Assembly (NCBI GenBank): GCA_024640885.1
Contig: JAHEEC010000009.1
Span: 2,773 to 66,772 of the forward strand
Source: Bacteroidota bacterium
GTDB taxonomy: Bacteria > Bacteroidota > Bacteroidia > Bacteroidales > GCA-2748055
Length of the DNA stretch: 64,000 nucleotides
Direction of reading: 5' to 3'
Both the position numbers and the translations under genes were made by a program. Below the pieces are notes generated by a model. That model was not told the DNA's origin. It did not search any database and saw nothing but the letters and a program-made list of their open reading frames with translations. Shown piece by piece: positions 53,777-63,626 of this stretch (positions are counted from its first letter, which is position 1; each line of letters starts with the position of its first letter).

Positions 53777-55312
53777 TTACATCTTGCCCATTACGTAATC
53801 TGACAGGCGAATGGAGAGGGACACCAGGGTCAGGGTGGGATTGGGGGCCCCTGAAGTGGTAAAACAACCCGAACCGGCCACATGGAGGTTCTGGATACCG
53901 TGCACCTGGCAGTTGGCATCCACCACCCCTTTTTTAGGATCCTCGCTCATCCGCGTGGTTCCCATATGATGCCAACCTCCGTTGGTATCGTCAGGGAAAG
54001 TGTAGTTATTTTCGTCACGTAAAAACTCCAGCAGTTTTACCCGGCCCAATCCTGCGATACCCATTTGCTGGCCGAGCAATTCATATATTTTCCTGATGCT
54101 GCGTTTGTCCAGTGGGGTAAACTCCCAGTTTAAACTGGCCCTGGGTACTCCCAGTCCATCCTTTTCACTCCCCAGGGTAACCCTGGAATTCGGATTGGGT
54201 GCCTGCTCGATGCGGGTATTGAGCATATAGGCCCGTTGAATACTGCCGGTCCCCTCCTTCTCGGCTTCGGCACCTGCCCGGTCCCACTCCGCGAACATAT
54301 TTTTTGCGGATTCCCTTGGATCTTCGTTTTGCCAGACCTCCATCCTTTGCTTAACATGCTTTGCAAATACAAGCGGCGCAAAAGAAGCAGTGCCATTGAG
54401 AATTTTAAATTGTTCCTGGGTCTCCTCTGTGATGGCCAGCTCGGCGGAGGCCCTGGTGACCCCGTAACTCCAATTGTAAAGATCCGTGGGAAAGGGCTTT
54501 GTAAGCCAGAGTTCTGCCGAGGACACCTCCAGGTGCTCCATAAAATAGCGCCCCACCACATCGTTCTGATTCCCAAGTCCCGCGGGTGCCTGTTTGTTGG
54601 AAGCAAGCAACATCCTTGCATTTTGAATGGCCCCGCAGGCCAGGATAAAGTGTTTTGCCCTGACCGTATGTGTTTTTCCCGAATGGTCCCTGGTCTGGGC
54701 CTCCCTGATGGAATTCACCCCTTCGCTTGCTTCCAGGTTGACCACATTGGCGTAAGTATACAAATGGATATTCCTGGCTTTCAGGATTGTCTCCCGGTAT
54801 AAATTTCCGAACCTTGCGGTACTGAACTGCCACATTTTGTTCCATACCACCTTGTCGTCAAGGGGGAAGGGATTTAAATTGGGAATCTCTTTCCTCCAGT
54901 AATCAAAGGAATACTCATAGGGTCCCAGCCCAAGGGTTTTGTGGGCCCGGGCGTAGAATGGGTCAAGGTCCTCCTTTACAATGGGCCATCCGCTGTGAGG
55001 AACCCAGTCACGTTTCCTGAAGTCCACATGATCAAGGGGGGAACACATCCCGGCCCAGTGTCCCGTTGTTCCTCCAAAGTACCTCAGGCGGCTTGATTTA
55101 AGCGGGAAGTATTTCTGTCCGGTGGTCTTCCCTCCATTCAGATCCTGGACCTGGTCATCGTATTCGAATCCGCCCCCTTCAAGGAGGATCACCTTATAGG
55201 GCGAGTTCATCCACTCAAGGGCGATACTGATTCCGGCGGTACCGGCTCCCACAATACAAATATCTCCCTCAATAATCGATTTATTGTTTAATTTTCTGGC
55301 ATCGATATGCAT
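53777..55312 (-). CDS. GMC-family FAD-dependent oxidoreductase
   Basis: 511 aa. The N-terminal dinucleotide fold is DICIVGAGTAGISIAL...ILLEGGG. The C-terminal GMC signature region is GGWHHMGTTRM...VVDANCQVHGIQNLHVAGSGCFTTSGAPNPTLTL. Confidence 0.9.
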   Translation of the reverse strand: MHIDARKLNNKSIIEGDICIVGAGTAGISIALEWMNSPYKVILLEGGGFEYDDQVQDLNGGKTTGQKYFPLKSSRLRYFGGTTGHWAGMCSPLDHVDFRKRDWVPHSGWPIVKEDLDPFYARAHKTLGLGPYEYSFDYWRKEIPNLNPFPLDDKVVWNKMWQFSTARFGNLYRETILKARNIHLYTYANVVNLEASEGVNSIREAQTRDHSGKTHTVRAKHFILACGAIQNARMLLASNKQAPAGLGNQNDVVGRYFMEHLEVSSAELWLTKPFPTDLYNWSYGVTRASAELAITEETQEQFKILNGTASFAPLVFAKHVKQRMEVWQNEDPRESAKNMFAEWDRAGAEAEKEGTGSIQRAYMLNTRIEQAPNPNSRVTLGSEKDGLGVPRASLNWEFTPLDKRSIRKIYELLGQQMGIAGLGRVKLLEFLRDENNYTFPDDTNGGWHHMGTTRMSEDPKKGVVDANCQVHGIQNLHVAGSGCFTTSGAPNPTLTLVSLSIRLSDYVMGKM

Positions 55313-55319
55313 GGTTCAA

Positions 55320-55703
55320 TTAATTTGATTGTGTGAGGGAAAAAAGGGCGCATTGCCGCGCCTCTGTGACAGAAAGGAACCAACCATCCACCATCACCAC
55401 GCTTCCAGATATAAAATCCTGGTGGATCTTCTCGTTTAAAAAAGCATCCTGACCACCGTCATCCCGGGAATCGCCATCCAGGATAAGTTTGGCCAGTTTC
55501 TTCTCGCTATCCTCACTGGAATATAGTTTCCTGTAACTCTCTCCTGTTTCCTTTAATGTTTCCGGATCAAGGATCAGGGAAAGGAGTTGAGGGGTTGCCA
55601 GCGATTCATCATAAGATGATGGGCTGCATCCGTGATAGATCATGGGTATCCCGACAGCCACGGCGCCCAGGGCGGTGAATTGGATAAAGTTTCGTCTGTT
55701 CAT
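55320..55703 (-). CDS. Tat-signal small subunit (gluconate 2-dehydrogenase subunit-3-like) partner of the GMC oxidoreductase
   Basis: 127 aa with twin-arginine signal MNRRNFIQFTALGAVAVG. It lies 7 nt upstream of the GMC gene, a common pairing in Bacteroidetes. Confidence 0.65.
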   Translation of the reverse strand: MNRRNFIQFTALGAVAVGIPMIYHGCSPSSYDESLATPQLLSLILDPETLKETGESYRKLYSSEDSEKKLAKLILDGDSRDDGGQDAFLNEKIHQDFISGSVVMVDGWFLSVTEARQCALFSLTQSN

Positions 55704-55860
55704 ACTAAATGAAGTGAATGAGGCAGTTAATCGGCATATTTACACTTTTTGGGAGATTTTGTTCCGTGGATGATCTTAATTAACATGAATTTGTGAGACC
55801 ACTGGCTCTTGATACTGACTCATCAAATCAAAAACGGATTACCTTGTAAAAAAATCGGAA

Positions 55861-56091
55861 ATGAGATTCACATGGTTTAAAAAAGTCGGCTGGATCTACC
55901 TGCCAGTTTCGGTGGCCGGGGTCATCCTCACCCTCGGGGTGGTTGCATTTTGTGTGACCGTTTTCCTGGCGGTTGACAGAAACTCCCACTCCGTATCTGA
56001 TACATTGTATGGGATCTTCCCATATTTTGTATCTGCATTTACGGTCCTTTTCTGGATCGCCCATCATAGTTCACCCGTCAAGGAAAAATAA
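55861..56091 (+). CDS. Small two-TM membrane protein, hypothetical
   Basis: 76 aa with two clear hydrophobic helices (WIYLPVSVAGVILTLGVVAFCVTVFLAV; LYGIFPYFVSAFTVLFWIA) and an ATG start. There is no other support. Confidence 0.4.
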   Translation: MRFTWFKKVGWIYLPVSVAGVILTLGVVAFCVTVFLAVDRNSHSVSDTLYGIFPYFVSAFTVLFWIAHHSSPVKEK

Positions 56092-56152
56092 TCCCATAAC
56101 TTTTCCCGGGATCAATTGTTATTGATTGGACATATTTCAATCACAAAAAGGT

Positions 56153-56716
56153 ATGAAACGGAGGGGATTTATGCTTGCAGCTGTTCATTTGCTACCCATT
56201 GCCGCCTTTGCAAAGGCCCGAACCAGGACCGGTACTGGTCCCGTCAGGGGATTCAGGGTGAAGTCAGGGGAGGCGAGGTTCGGGGGCCACTTCAAAATGA
56301 AAGGGGTTACCCTTAACCTCCTGGATCTGAAGATATCATCCACTGACACCAACGGAGATCTGGCACTCTTCGAGCAGAACGGAGTTACCCCTAAGGGGGG
56401 GCCCCCATTGCATATTCATCTTTACCAGGATGAGTTTTTCTATATCGTTGAGGGAGAATATCTGTTTCAGTTGGGGGAGGAGAAATATCCCATGAAAAGG
56501 GGAGATACCATATTCCTGCCCAGGAATGTTCCCCATGGGTTTATTCAACTTTCAGATCAGGGAAAGGTGATTGTGGCCTATATGCCTGCGGGAAAAATGG
56601 AAGGCTTTTTCAGGACAACGGATTCCTGGACCTCTCCTCCTTCCCTGCAAGAGATAGAAAAAGCCTTTGAAATGCATGGCATGAAGGTGGTCGGGCCGCC
56701 ATTGAAGGTGGATTAG
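56153..56716 (+). CDS. Cupin-domain protein with Tat/Sec-like signal
   Basis: The ATG at 56153 gives MKRRGFMLAAVHLLPIAAFA. The ORF-track start at 56126 is TTG. The cupin motifs are GGPPLHIHLYQDEFFYIVEGE and GDTIFLPRNVPHGF. Confidence 0.7.
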   Translation: MKRRGFMLAAVHLLPIAAFAKARTRTGTGPVRGFRVKSGEARFGGHFKMKGVTLNLLDLKISSTDTNGDLALFEQNGVTPKGGPPLHIHLYQDEFFYIVEGEYLFQLGEEKYPMKRGDTIFLPRNVPHGFIQLSDQGKVIVAYMPAGKMEGFFRTTDSWTSPPSLQEIEKAFEMHGMKVVGPPLKVD

Positions 56717-56745
56717 ACGGTCTTCCCTGCTGAATACCCTGCCGT

Positions 56746-57168
56746 CTAGTGGAAAACCAGCACCGCCAGGATGACGATGGCCAACCCTGTGATGAAAGTG
56801 ATCTTACCCAGTGACCTTATTCGCTTGAGCTGCACTTCAGGATCCCCATTTCTGGCTTTCCTGGATGCCACACCGATGATCCCGATGGTCACCGTAAGGG
56901 TCAGCACAAGGACCAGCTTGGCGATTAACAGGGGTTGGGCCGGTAAAAGTTTCCAGAACGGGGTCATCAGATAAAACCCGGTGATTATGCTCAGGGTAAG
57001 CCCGATATGTCCCATGGTGCCCAGGCTCAGGGAATTCAATGCAAATTTAACCGCCTCCTCCTTTCCCAGCCTGGAGCCTGCTTTTCCAAGGAACAGGTAG
57101 GCAAAACTGGTCCCAAGTCCCATGGTCAGACCGAGCAAATGGATGATCAACATTGTTTCTCTCATCAT
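56746..57168 (-). CDS. Four-TM membrane protein, hypothetical
   Basis: The ATG at 57168 (MMRETMLIIHLLGL...) gives a 141-aa protein with four hydrophobic segments. The 39 residues upstream in the ORF track are non-membrane and lack support. Confidence 0.5.
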   Translation of the reverse strand: MMRETMLIIHLLGLTMGLGTSFAYLFLGKAGSRLGKEEAVKFALNSLSLGTMGHIGLTLSIITGFYLMTPFWKLLPAQPLLIAKLVLVLTLTVTIGIIGVASRKARNGDPEVQLKRIRSLGKITFITGLAIVILAVLVFH

Positions 57169-57350
57169 CTTGATATTTGGAAAATAATTTGGCGGGAAAG
57201 TAGTAAAAAGAGGTCTTTTATATGAGGATGCGTTTGTTAAAAAAATATTAATTCCTCCTGGTTGCACATGCTTAATTTCGGACAAATGGAGCTTTTTTTT
57301 TCTAGTTTAGAATTTCTGAGCTAAATTCAATCCCTTTAAAATTGCCGCAC

Positions 57351-58601
57351 ATGAAATTATTTATACTATCTGGAATCACCCTGCTGTTATTAAACTGGCC
57401 CCTGGGCGCTCAGACAATCAGCGAGTGGAGGATGGACCACAGAACCGGGGTCACTTCTGAATCAGGATTGCTCACATCCTGGCCCGAATCGGGTCCTGAA
57501 CTGCTGTGGACCAACCTGGAACTCCCCAAGGGTTTTTCATCCCTTTCCTTTGGTGGCAATTCCATGTTTCTTACAGGGATCGATGGGAAAACTGACATCC
57601 TGGTGGCGCTGGATCTCCATGGCAATATCAAATGGAAAACGGCTTTTGGACGCTCCTGGACACAATCCTATCCCGACAGCCGGGGTACACCGACGGTGGA
57701 AAACGACCGGGTTTATGTGGCCAGCGGTTCCGGGGACCTGGCCTGTGTGAATGCCTCCTCCGGCCAGATCATTTGGGCCTATAAGGCCAGTGAAATTCAC
57801 AAAGGCACCTTTGGATCGTGGGGAATTGCCGAATCACTAATTCTGGATGGCGATCAACTCTATTTTACACCGGGTGGACCGGAAACCACCACCATCGCAC
57901 TGGATAAAAACAGTGGCAGGCTAATCTGGGCATCGGAGAGCCTCAATGACAATCCGGGATACGTATCCCCCATCCTGGTCAGTCATGAAGGCAGAAAGCT
58001 CCTGATCAATGTGATCGCCAGCTATGTATATGCCATTGATCCCTCCACGGGTTCTATTGTCTGGAGGTTTAAACACCTTGATGTGAATGACAAGGCGGAT
58101 GCGGGTGCCAAATCAATCAAATGTGTGACCCCGTTGTATCATGATGGAAAGATCTATGTGACCGGCGGATATGACCACGGGGGGATCATGCTGGATCTCG
58201 TCGACGGCGGGAATAATGTGAAAATTGCGTGGATCGACGAGGTACTCGATGTGCATCACGGTGGGGTTGTGCTTTTGAACGGTTATCTGTATGGCGCCAA
58301 CTGGCTCAATAACGGCATGGGCAACTGGTGCTGCCTTGAATGGGAAACGGGTAAAAAGATGTATGAGGAGCGCTGGAACTGCAAAGGTTCCATCATCTCA
58401 GCCGAAGGCATGCTCTATATCTATGATGAAAAACGTGGCAACGTAGGGCTGGTACGGGCCAACCCTGAAAAATTCGACCTTGTGAGTACGTTCAGGATCA
58501 CTGAAGGATCCGGGCCTTACTGGTCCCACCCATCCATCCACAACGGGGTGCTCTATCTCCGGCATGGCAATGCACTGATGGCCTATCAAATCAGGAAATG
58601 A
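57351..58601 (+). CDS. PQQ-like (BamB-type) beta-propeller repeat protein, secreted
   Basis: The ATG at 57351 gives signal [21 protein letters not shown] (57342 is TTG). Repeated blades are present: [78 protein letters not shown]. Confidence 0.75.
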   Translation: MKLFILSGITLLLLNWPLGAQTISEWRMDHRTGVTSESGLLTSWPESGPELLWTNLELPKGFSSLSFGGNSMFLTGIDGKTDILVALDLHGNIKWKTAFGRSWTQSYPDSRGTPTVENDRVYVASGSGDLACVNASSGQIIWAYKASEIHKGTFGSWGIAESLILDGDQLYFTPGGPETTTIALDKNSGRLIWASESLNDNPGYVSPILVSHEGRKLLINVIASYVYAIDPSTGSIVWRFKHLDVNDKADAGAKSIKCVTPLYHDGKIYVTGGYDHGGIMLDLVDGGNNVKIAWIDEVLDVHHGGVVLLNGYLYGANWLNNGMGNWCCLEWETGKKMYEERWNCKGSIISAEGMLYIYDEKRGNVGLVRANPEKFDLVSTFRITEGSGPYWSHPSIHNGVLYLRHGNALMAYQIRK

Positions 58602-60427
58602 AATACCTCTTCCTCTGTTCGCTTCTCTTCCTGCCCATTCTTTCCCAGGGTCAGATCGGAGTCAATATAAGCCTGCCGGAGCGGGGGGGCACATACATTG
58701 ACGTGGCCAGGGAGAATTATCGGTGGACGAGCCTTGCCACCGGATCTGCGGTAACGGCCGCAGAGGTGGATTCAAAAGGCTGGCCGGTGGTTGATGCCCA
58801 GTACATTGTTGATTTCAGACCGGTGGCAGAATGGATCAATTCCATAGACGATCCCCAGGTGTACCGCCTGGATGTGAGCGGCACCTGGAAATGTTCATTT
58901 CACGGGGAGGGCTCCGTCACTTCAGCAGCAGAAGGCAGCGTAAAAAACCTGGGCTTTGATGCCGGTAACAATCTCACTTCATTTGATTTTGTGGTTCCCG
59001 CGGCATCAAAAGGCCTCTTTTTGATCAACTTTACCAACACCCGGAGAACACCACAGAGCAGCCTCCAGACCGGCTTCACTGATTTTAAAATGCTCCGTCC
59101 GGGTTACGAAAATGATGACAGCCTGTTTCTTGCTCCTTTTCTGGCATTATTTGACTCGGTGGCCTTCGAAGCGATCCGCTATATGGTATTTTCAGGGACC
59201 AATGGCAGGGATCCCAATTATCCTGCAGAGATTGAATGGAGCAATCGGAAACTTCCCGGTGATGCCTCCCAGGATGCATTGCCCACCATTGATAAATCAG
59301 AAGGCGCCTGCTGGGAGCATGTCATCGAGATCGCCAACAGAACCAATACCGATCCTTGGATCAATGTGCCTGTTTCTGCCAGTTCCGACTATGTGACACA
59401 GCTGGCCATCATGTTCAGGGATCATCTGAGCCCGGGACTGAAAATCTATGTTGAAAGCAGCAACGAGGTCTGGAACTCGGCCCCCGGTTTTGAACAAACC
59501 CTTTACAACAGCCAGCAGGCTGCCGCACTGGGTCTCACAGACATTCAAAACCATGCCCGTCGAACCGCTGAACTGGCTGAAATTTTCCAATCGGTTTTTG
59601 GTCAGGCCTCCCTGAACGAAAAAATCCGGGTGACGCTCTGCTACCATCAGCCCATGCTTAAATGGTCGGTCATCCCCATGCTGGAATACATTCGTGATCA
59701 TCATGGGGCTCCCTCAGATTTATTATGGGCCATTGGATGCCAGACCTATTTTTCGGGAGGGCACGAGGCAGGTGAATCCGTTCAGCATATCCTGGATGAT
59801 TGCCACACCTCCATTACCCAGCAGATTGACGAAACGGGAGGCACCAATGAAGCAGGCCGAAAGCAATGGATAGCCACAGCAGCAGCATGGAATTTGCCGG
59901 GAGGATTTGTATCCTATGAAGGTGGCCCGGATCATGGAGGTGGAAGTACAGATAATATTGCAAACAGGATTTTGGCCGAGCGAAGCGAAGGGATGTACGA
60001 TGTGATGCAATATAACCTGAAAGAGGCATTTATTGATCTGGGAGGCACGCTGGCCATGCAATTTACACTTACCGGTGCGTACAACCGCTATGGCTGCTGG
60101 GGATTAACAGACGATGTATCCATTCCCCACCGAAATTACAAGCTCGCATCCGTCCGGGACTTACTTTCGGGCACCACCCTGATAGGAAGCCACATCCAGC
60201 CGGGTAAAATCAATATTTATCCGGTCCCTTCCAGTGGAACTGTTCATTTTGAAATGGAGAATGCCGGGGTATACAGGCTTCGAATATTTGATACCCTTGG
60301 CAAAGAGGTATATACCCAGCAGGGATTCGGCCAGGAGATCACCTGGACCACCTCCCAGACCGGTTTGTATTCCTATTTGCTTCTGCAGAATGGAAAACCC
60401 GCTTCCGGATCAATTCTTATTGATTGA
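58598..60427 (+). CDS. T9SS-secreted putative clan GH-A (TIM-barrel) glycoside hydrolase, family unassigned
   Basis: 609 aa. It overlaps the upstream stop by 4 nt (ATGA) and has a signal peptide. The candidate acid/base is VESSNEVWN and the candidate nucleophile is FVSYEGGPD. The C-terminal [16 protein letters not shown]...[12 protein letters not shown]...ILID is a T9SS CTD. Confidence 0.55.
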   Translation: MKYLFLCSLLFLPILSQGQIGVNISLPERGGTYIDVARENYRWTSLATGSAVTAAEVDSKGWPVVDAQYIVDFRPVAEWINSIDDPQVYRLDVSGTWKCSFHGEGSVTSAAEGSVKNLGFDAGNNLTSFDFVVPAASKGLFLINFTNTRRTPQSSLQTGFTDFKMLRPGYENDDSLFLAPFLALFDSVAFEAIRYMVFSGTNGRDPNYPAEIEWSNRKLPGDASQDALPTIDKSEGACWEHVIEIANRTNTDPWINVPVSASSDYVTQLAIMFRDHLSPGLKIYVESSNEVWNSAPGFEQTLYNSQQAAALGLTDIQNHARRTAELAEIFQSVFGQASLNEKIRVTLCYHQPMLKWSVIPMLEYIRDHHGAPSDLLWAIGCQTYFSGGHEAGESVQHILDDCHTSITQQIDETGGTNEAGRKQWIATAAAWNLPGGFVSYEGGPDHGGGSTDNIANRILAERSEGMYDVMQYNLKEAFIDLGGTLAMQFTLTGAYNRYGCWGLTDDVSIPHRNYKLASVRDLLSGTTLIGSHIQPGKINIYPVPSSGTVHFEMENAGVYRLRIFDTLGKEVYTQQGFGQEITWTTSQTGLYSYLLLQNGKPASGSILID

Positions 60428-60481
60428 AATAAAATCCTTTTATTAAGCGGTTTTCCCCTGATCCATTTATTCACGCCGCTC

Positions 60482-62209
60482 CTAAGGCTGGCCCGGGGTC
60501 TGTTGGCCGGGCTGATCCTTTGGCCAGTATTCCCGGGGAATAGCCATGGCATTCCCATCCCTGGAGGACCTGTAATGAGGTGACATGATCTCGACCCCGG
60601 CCTCATTGAACCCATCCTGGATATGTTGATGCAATTCTGAGTATATGGCAGGCTGCAAGGAGGGTTCCATGGTATGAGCGTTGAGCTGATAGGTCACGTA
60701 AAAATCATCAAGACTCGTCTGCAGTACAAACGGTCGTGGATCTGACTGGATGTACCCGGTCTTCAGCGCGGCGTCAATGAGCAACTGGTGCACCTGTCTC
60801 CAGGGTGCATCATATCCGATGGTAACCGAGGTAAAAAGGATGATACCATCATGATTCTTTGAGGTGCTGTAGTTGACCACGCTTGATGCCAGGATGCTTG
60901 AATTCGGGATGGTGATGTACTCTTTTTTGGGGGTCCTGAGCCTGGTGACGAATGGGGTCTTTTCGGTCACATCCCCAAGGATCTCGCCTATTTTGATCCT
61001 GTCCCCAATCTTAAAAGGCCTCATATATGTAATCACCAGTCCGGCCACAATGTTCCCGATGATGGAAGATGATCCCAGCGAGAAAACGATCCCCAGGAAT
61101 ACCGATACTCCTTTGAATACCGCAGAATCTGATCCGGGCAGATAGGGGAAAATGACCACAAACATAAATGCCAGCACCAGGATCTTTATGATGTTGTAGG
61201 TGGGTTTCGCCCAATCGGGGAAAAAACCCGGGATCTTCAGATTTTCATTCTGGATCTCTGAGGATAAGAAATTGAGAAATTTTAATAAATACCTTGTAAT
61301 GATAACAATCACTATGATCGTGAACAGTTCGGGGATGTAACTGATTAATGACCCACCTATTTTCTTCAGTGGATTCAGGATATATCCGAATAATGCTTCG
61401 GCAATGCGTTGCGTGGCCGGAAATATGGAAAACAAGATGGGTATGGAGAGGTACAACAGCAGGATAATTATTAAATACCGAACCATTTTCGAGAGAAACA
61501 GGATCCCGATCATCTCCCTCTCAGAGTTGAGGATCTCATAATTCTTGATCCTGATTCCATTGAACCATTCCTCACGTTTGCCCTGCAGGTATATATTGAT
61601 CTTCCTCCTGAATAACAGGTTAAGACCGCGGATGAGGATCACCTGGAGGAAGATCACCAGTACTGTAAGCCCTGACTGCTTCAACAGGAATAAAATGCTC
61701 CTGTTCCTTTTGAACGACTGTATGTCGCTGGTAAGAGCCTGCATGTAGCGCTCAGCGATGGCCATCTTTGTCTCGCCGAACCATGCTGCATCAAGATCGG
61801 TTATGCTGAGAATGATCCGGTCCTTGTAGGTCATATCAACACTGTGGCCATGATCCAACAGCGCAAGTGAATCTTTTTTGACCTGGTATTCCCTGTATAA
61901 CCTGTCAAGCCTTTTGCTGATCACCCCGGCCCGCTCTTCCGGAGTAGCGGAGCCATAGTTGGTATAGATAAAAAAGAGGGTATCCCTATAGGGTACGATA
62001 GGGTACCCCTTTAACTGTGTTCCCGATCGGGGATTCTCATTCAGCATTTGAATATTCCAGGCAGAATCGACCGGAATTGTTACCTGGGCAGAATCGACCG
62101 GAATTGTTACCTGAGCGGTATCCCCAGCCGAACCTCGAACTGACATGTAAATTGCCATTATAAACAATATCCCCATCAGATATCTCAATGGCACATTGAT
62201 CGCTTGCAT
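60482..62209 (-). CDS. Large MscS-family mechanosensitive channel protein
   Basis: 575 aa with an N-terminal signal and periplasmic domain, then about 5 TM segments. The MscS core follows: IIGNIVAGLVITYMRPFKIGDRIKIGEILGDVTEKTPFVTRLRTPKKEYITIPNSSIL. Confidence 0.8.
   Translation of the reverse strand: MQAINVPLRYLMGILFIMAIYMSVRGSAGDTAQVTIPVDSAQVTIPVDSAWNIQMLNENPRSGTQLKGYPIVPYRDTLFFIYTNYGSATPEERAGVISKRLDRLYREYQVKKDSLALLDHGHSVDMTYKDRIILSITDLDAAWFGETKMAIAERYMQALTSDIQSFKRNRSILFLLKQSGLTVLVIFLQVILIRGLNLLFRRKINIYLQGKREEWFNGIRIKNYEILNSEREMIGILFLSKMVRYLIIILLLYLSIPILFSIFPATQRIAEALFGYILNPLKKIGGSLISYIPELFTIIVIVIITRYLLKFLNFLSSEIQNENLKIPGFFPDWAKPTYNIIKILVLAFMFVVIFPYLPGSDSAVFKGVSVFLGIVFSLGSSSIIGNIVAGLVITYMRPFKIGDRIKIGEILGDVTEKTPFVTRLRTPKKEYITIPNSSILASSVVNYSTSKNHDGIILFTSVTIGYDAPWRQVHQLLIDAALKTGYIQSDPRPFVLQTSLDDFYVTYQLNAHTMEPSLQPAIYSELHQHIQDGFNEAGVEIMSPHYRSSRDGNAMAIPREYWPKDQPGQQTPGQP
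62060..62113 (-). repeat. Perfect 27-bp tandem duplication inside the MscS-like CDS
   Basis: GGCAGAATCGACCGGAATTGTTACCTG occurs at 62060-62086 and again at 62087-62113. The duplication is in frame and encodes QVTIPVDSA twice in the N-terminal periplasmic region. Confidence 0.95.
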
Positions 62210-62235
62210 GGGCAGATTTCTCTATGATTTCAGTT

Positions 62236-62295
62236 AAGACGAAAAGCGGGGGAAAGGTAACCTGTGTCGTAACCTGCAATCTTCAAATTTCCCCC
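62236..62295 (-). terminator. Candidate terminator hairpin after pfk
   Basis: An 8-bp GC-rich stem, GGGGGAAA (62248-62255) with TTTCCCCC (62288-62295), starts 7 nt after the stop. It is followed on the minus-strand RNA by GCUUUUCGUCUU. The 32-nt loop is unusually long, which weakens the call. Confidence 0.3.
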
Positions 62296-62301
62296 ATTGC
62301 T

Positions 62302-63564
62302 TCATTCAAACCGCTCAGGCTGGCCGGTGGCGGCAAGGGTGGCATTCCAGCCGGTGCCCTCCGGGTCCATGGTCTTTTTCCTGCTTGTAAGCAATTCGAT
62401 GGGAACGTGGATGAACTGGTTGTGCAGGTAACCGATCACAAGGCCTGTTTTACCTGACATTGCCGCGTGCACGGCATTCCGTGCGAACAGGTCGCAGAGG
62501 ACCGAATCCTCGTTATTGGCGGGACTGCTGCGTACCATGTAGCTGGGATCAAAGTAACGCATCACCACGGGAATCTTCTCCTCCTTAAAATAGGTTTCGA
62601 TCTGTTCCCGCAGGTAGAGGCCGATGTCCTTTAATTTCAGGTTCCCGGATGCGTCACGTTCGGGTTCAGCATGCTCCAGGAGGTCCTGGCCCGCTCCTTC
62701 AGCCACCACGATAACTGCATGAGCCCTGTCCAGGATCCGCGCCTTCAGAACCGCCAGAAACCCTTTGGCCCCCTCCAGTTTAATTGGCACCTCCGGAACC
62801 AGGGCAAAGTTCACATCCTGGCTGGCGATGGTGGCCCCTGCGGTGATGAATCCGGCATGTCGGCCCATTAATTTAACCAGCGAGATTCCGTTCTCCACGC
62901 TACGGGCCTCGGTGTGGGCCCGGTCCAGCACCTTGGCCGCCTCCTCCACAGCCGTACTATAGCCAAAAGTACGTGATACAAAGGCCACATCGTTGTCGAT
63001 GGTCTTGGGGATTCCCACCACCGACAACTCATATCCCCGCTTCTTTGCCTCCTGGTACAGCGCGTTTCCGCCGCGCTGGGTGCCGTCCCCACCCACGGTA
63101 AAGAGGATGTTCACCCCGCGATTGATCAGATTGTCCACGGCCCGCCCTATGTCCACCGGACCGCGGGAGGTCCCCAGCATGGTACCCCCCTCCTTATGGA
63201 TCCCATCCACCTTTTCCGGGGACAGCACCACCGGTTCTTTCCCCTTCAGCGGATCCAGACCTATGTAGCCTCCCCGAAATCCAAGCACCTCCTTTACCCC
63301 GTATGCGTGATGCAGTTCAAGGAAGAGAGAGCGGATCACATCGTTCAAACCCGGGCAAAGGCCTCCGCATGTGACGATCCCTGCCCGCGTATGTTTCGGA
63401 TCAAAAAATATCTTTCCCCGGGGCCCGGCCAGCTCAAAAGACAATTGATCTGCCTCCACAGGCAGCTGCCCCTGCAGAATACTTTCCGGGATACGAAGAT
63501 GATCGTCAACGAAATGTCTTTTGGGTGATTTAATGCGGGGTTCACCCAGCACAGTAATATTCAT
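62302..63564 (-). CDS. pfkA: 6-phosphofructokinase (long type; GGDG motif suggests ATP-dependent)
   Basis: 420 aa with PFK blocks AGIVTCGGLCPGLNDVIR, ILFTVGGDGTQRGG, VVGIPKTIDND and KLMGRHAGFI. Confidence 0.9.
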   Translation of the reverse strand: MNITVLGEPRIKSPKRHFVDDHLRIPESILQGQLPVEADQLSFELAGPRGKIFFDPKHTRAGIVTCGGLCPGLNDVIRSLFLELHHAYGVKEVLGFRGGYIGLDPLKGKEPVVLSPEKVDGIHKEGGTMLGTSRGPVDIGRAVDNLINRGVNILFTVGGDGTQRGGNALYQEAKKRGYELSVVGIPKTIDNDVAFVSRTFGYSTAVEEAAKVLDRAHTEARSVENGISLVKLMGRHAGFITAGATIASQDVNFALVPEVPIKLEGAKGFLAVLKARILDRAHAVIVVAEGAGQDLLEHAEPERDASGNLKLKDIGLYLREQIETYFKEEKIPVVMRYFDPSYMVRSSPANNEDSVLCDLFARNAVHAAMSGKTGLVIGYLHNQFIHVPIELLTSRKKTMDPEGTGWNATLAATGQPERFE

Positions 63565-63626
63565 TTTGGTTTCCTTAATGTTAATCTCAAATACATGCCC
63601 GTAATAATCACCAGCGGTTCAATTTG

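Noticed and set aside
60428-60444. An A/T-only hairpin, AATAAAA-TCC-TTTTATT, between convergent genes. A similar case is the 7-bp inverted repeat TAGACGG/CCGTCTA at 56714-56748.
   Set aside because: The stems are too weak (all A/T) or the loop too long (21 nt) to call terminators with any confidence.
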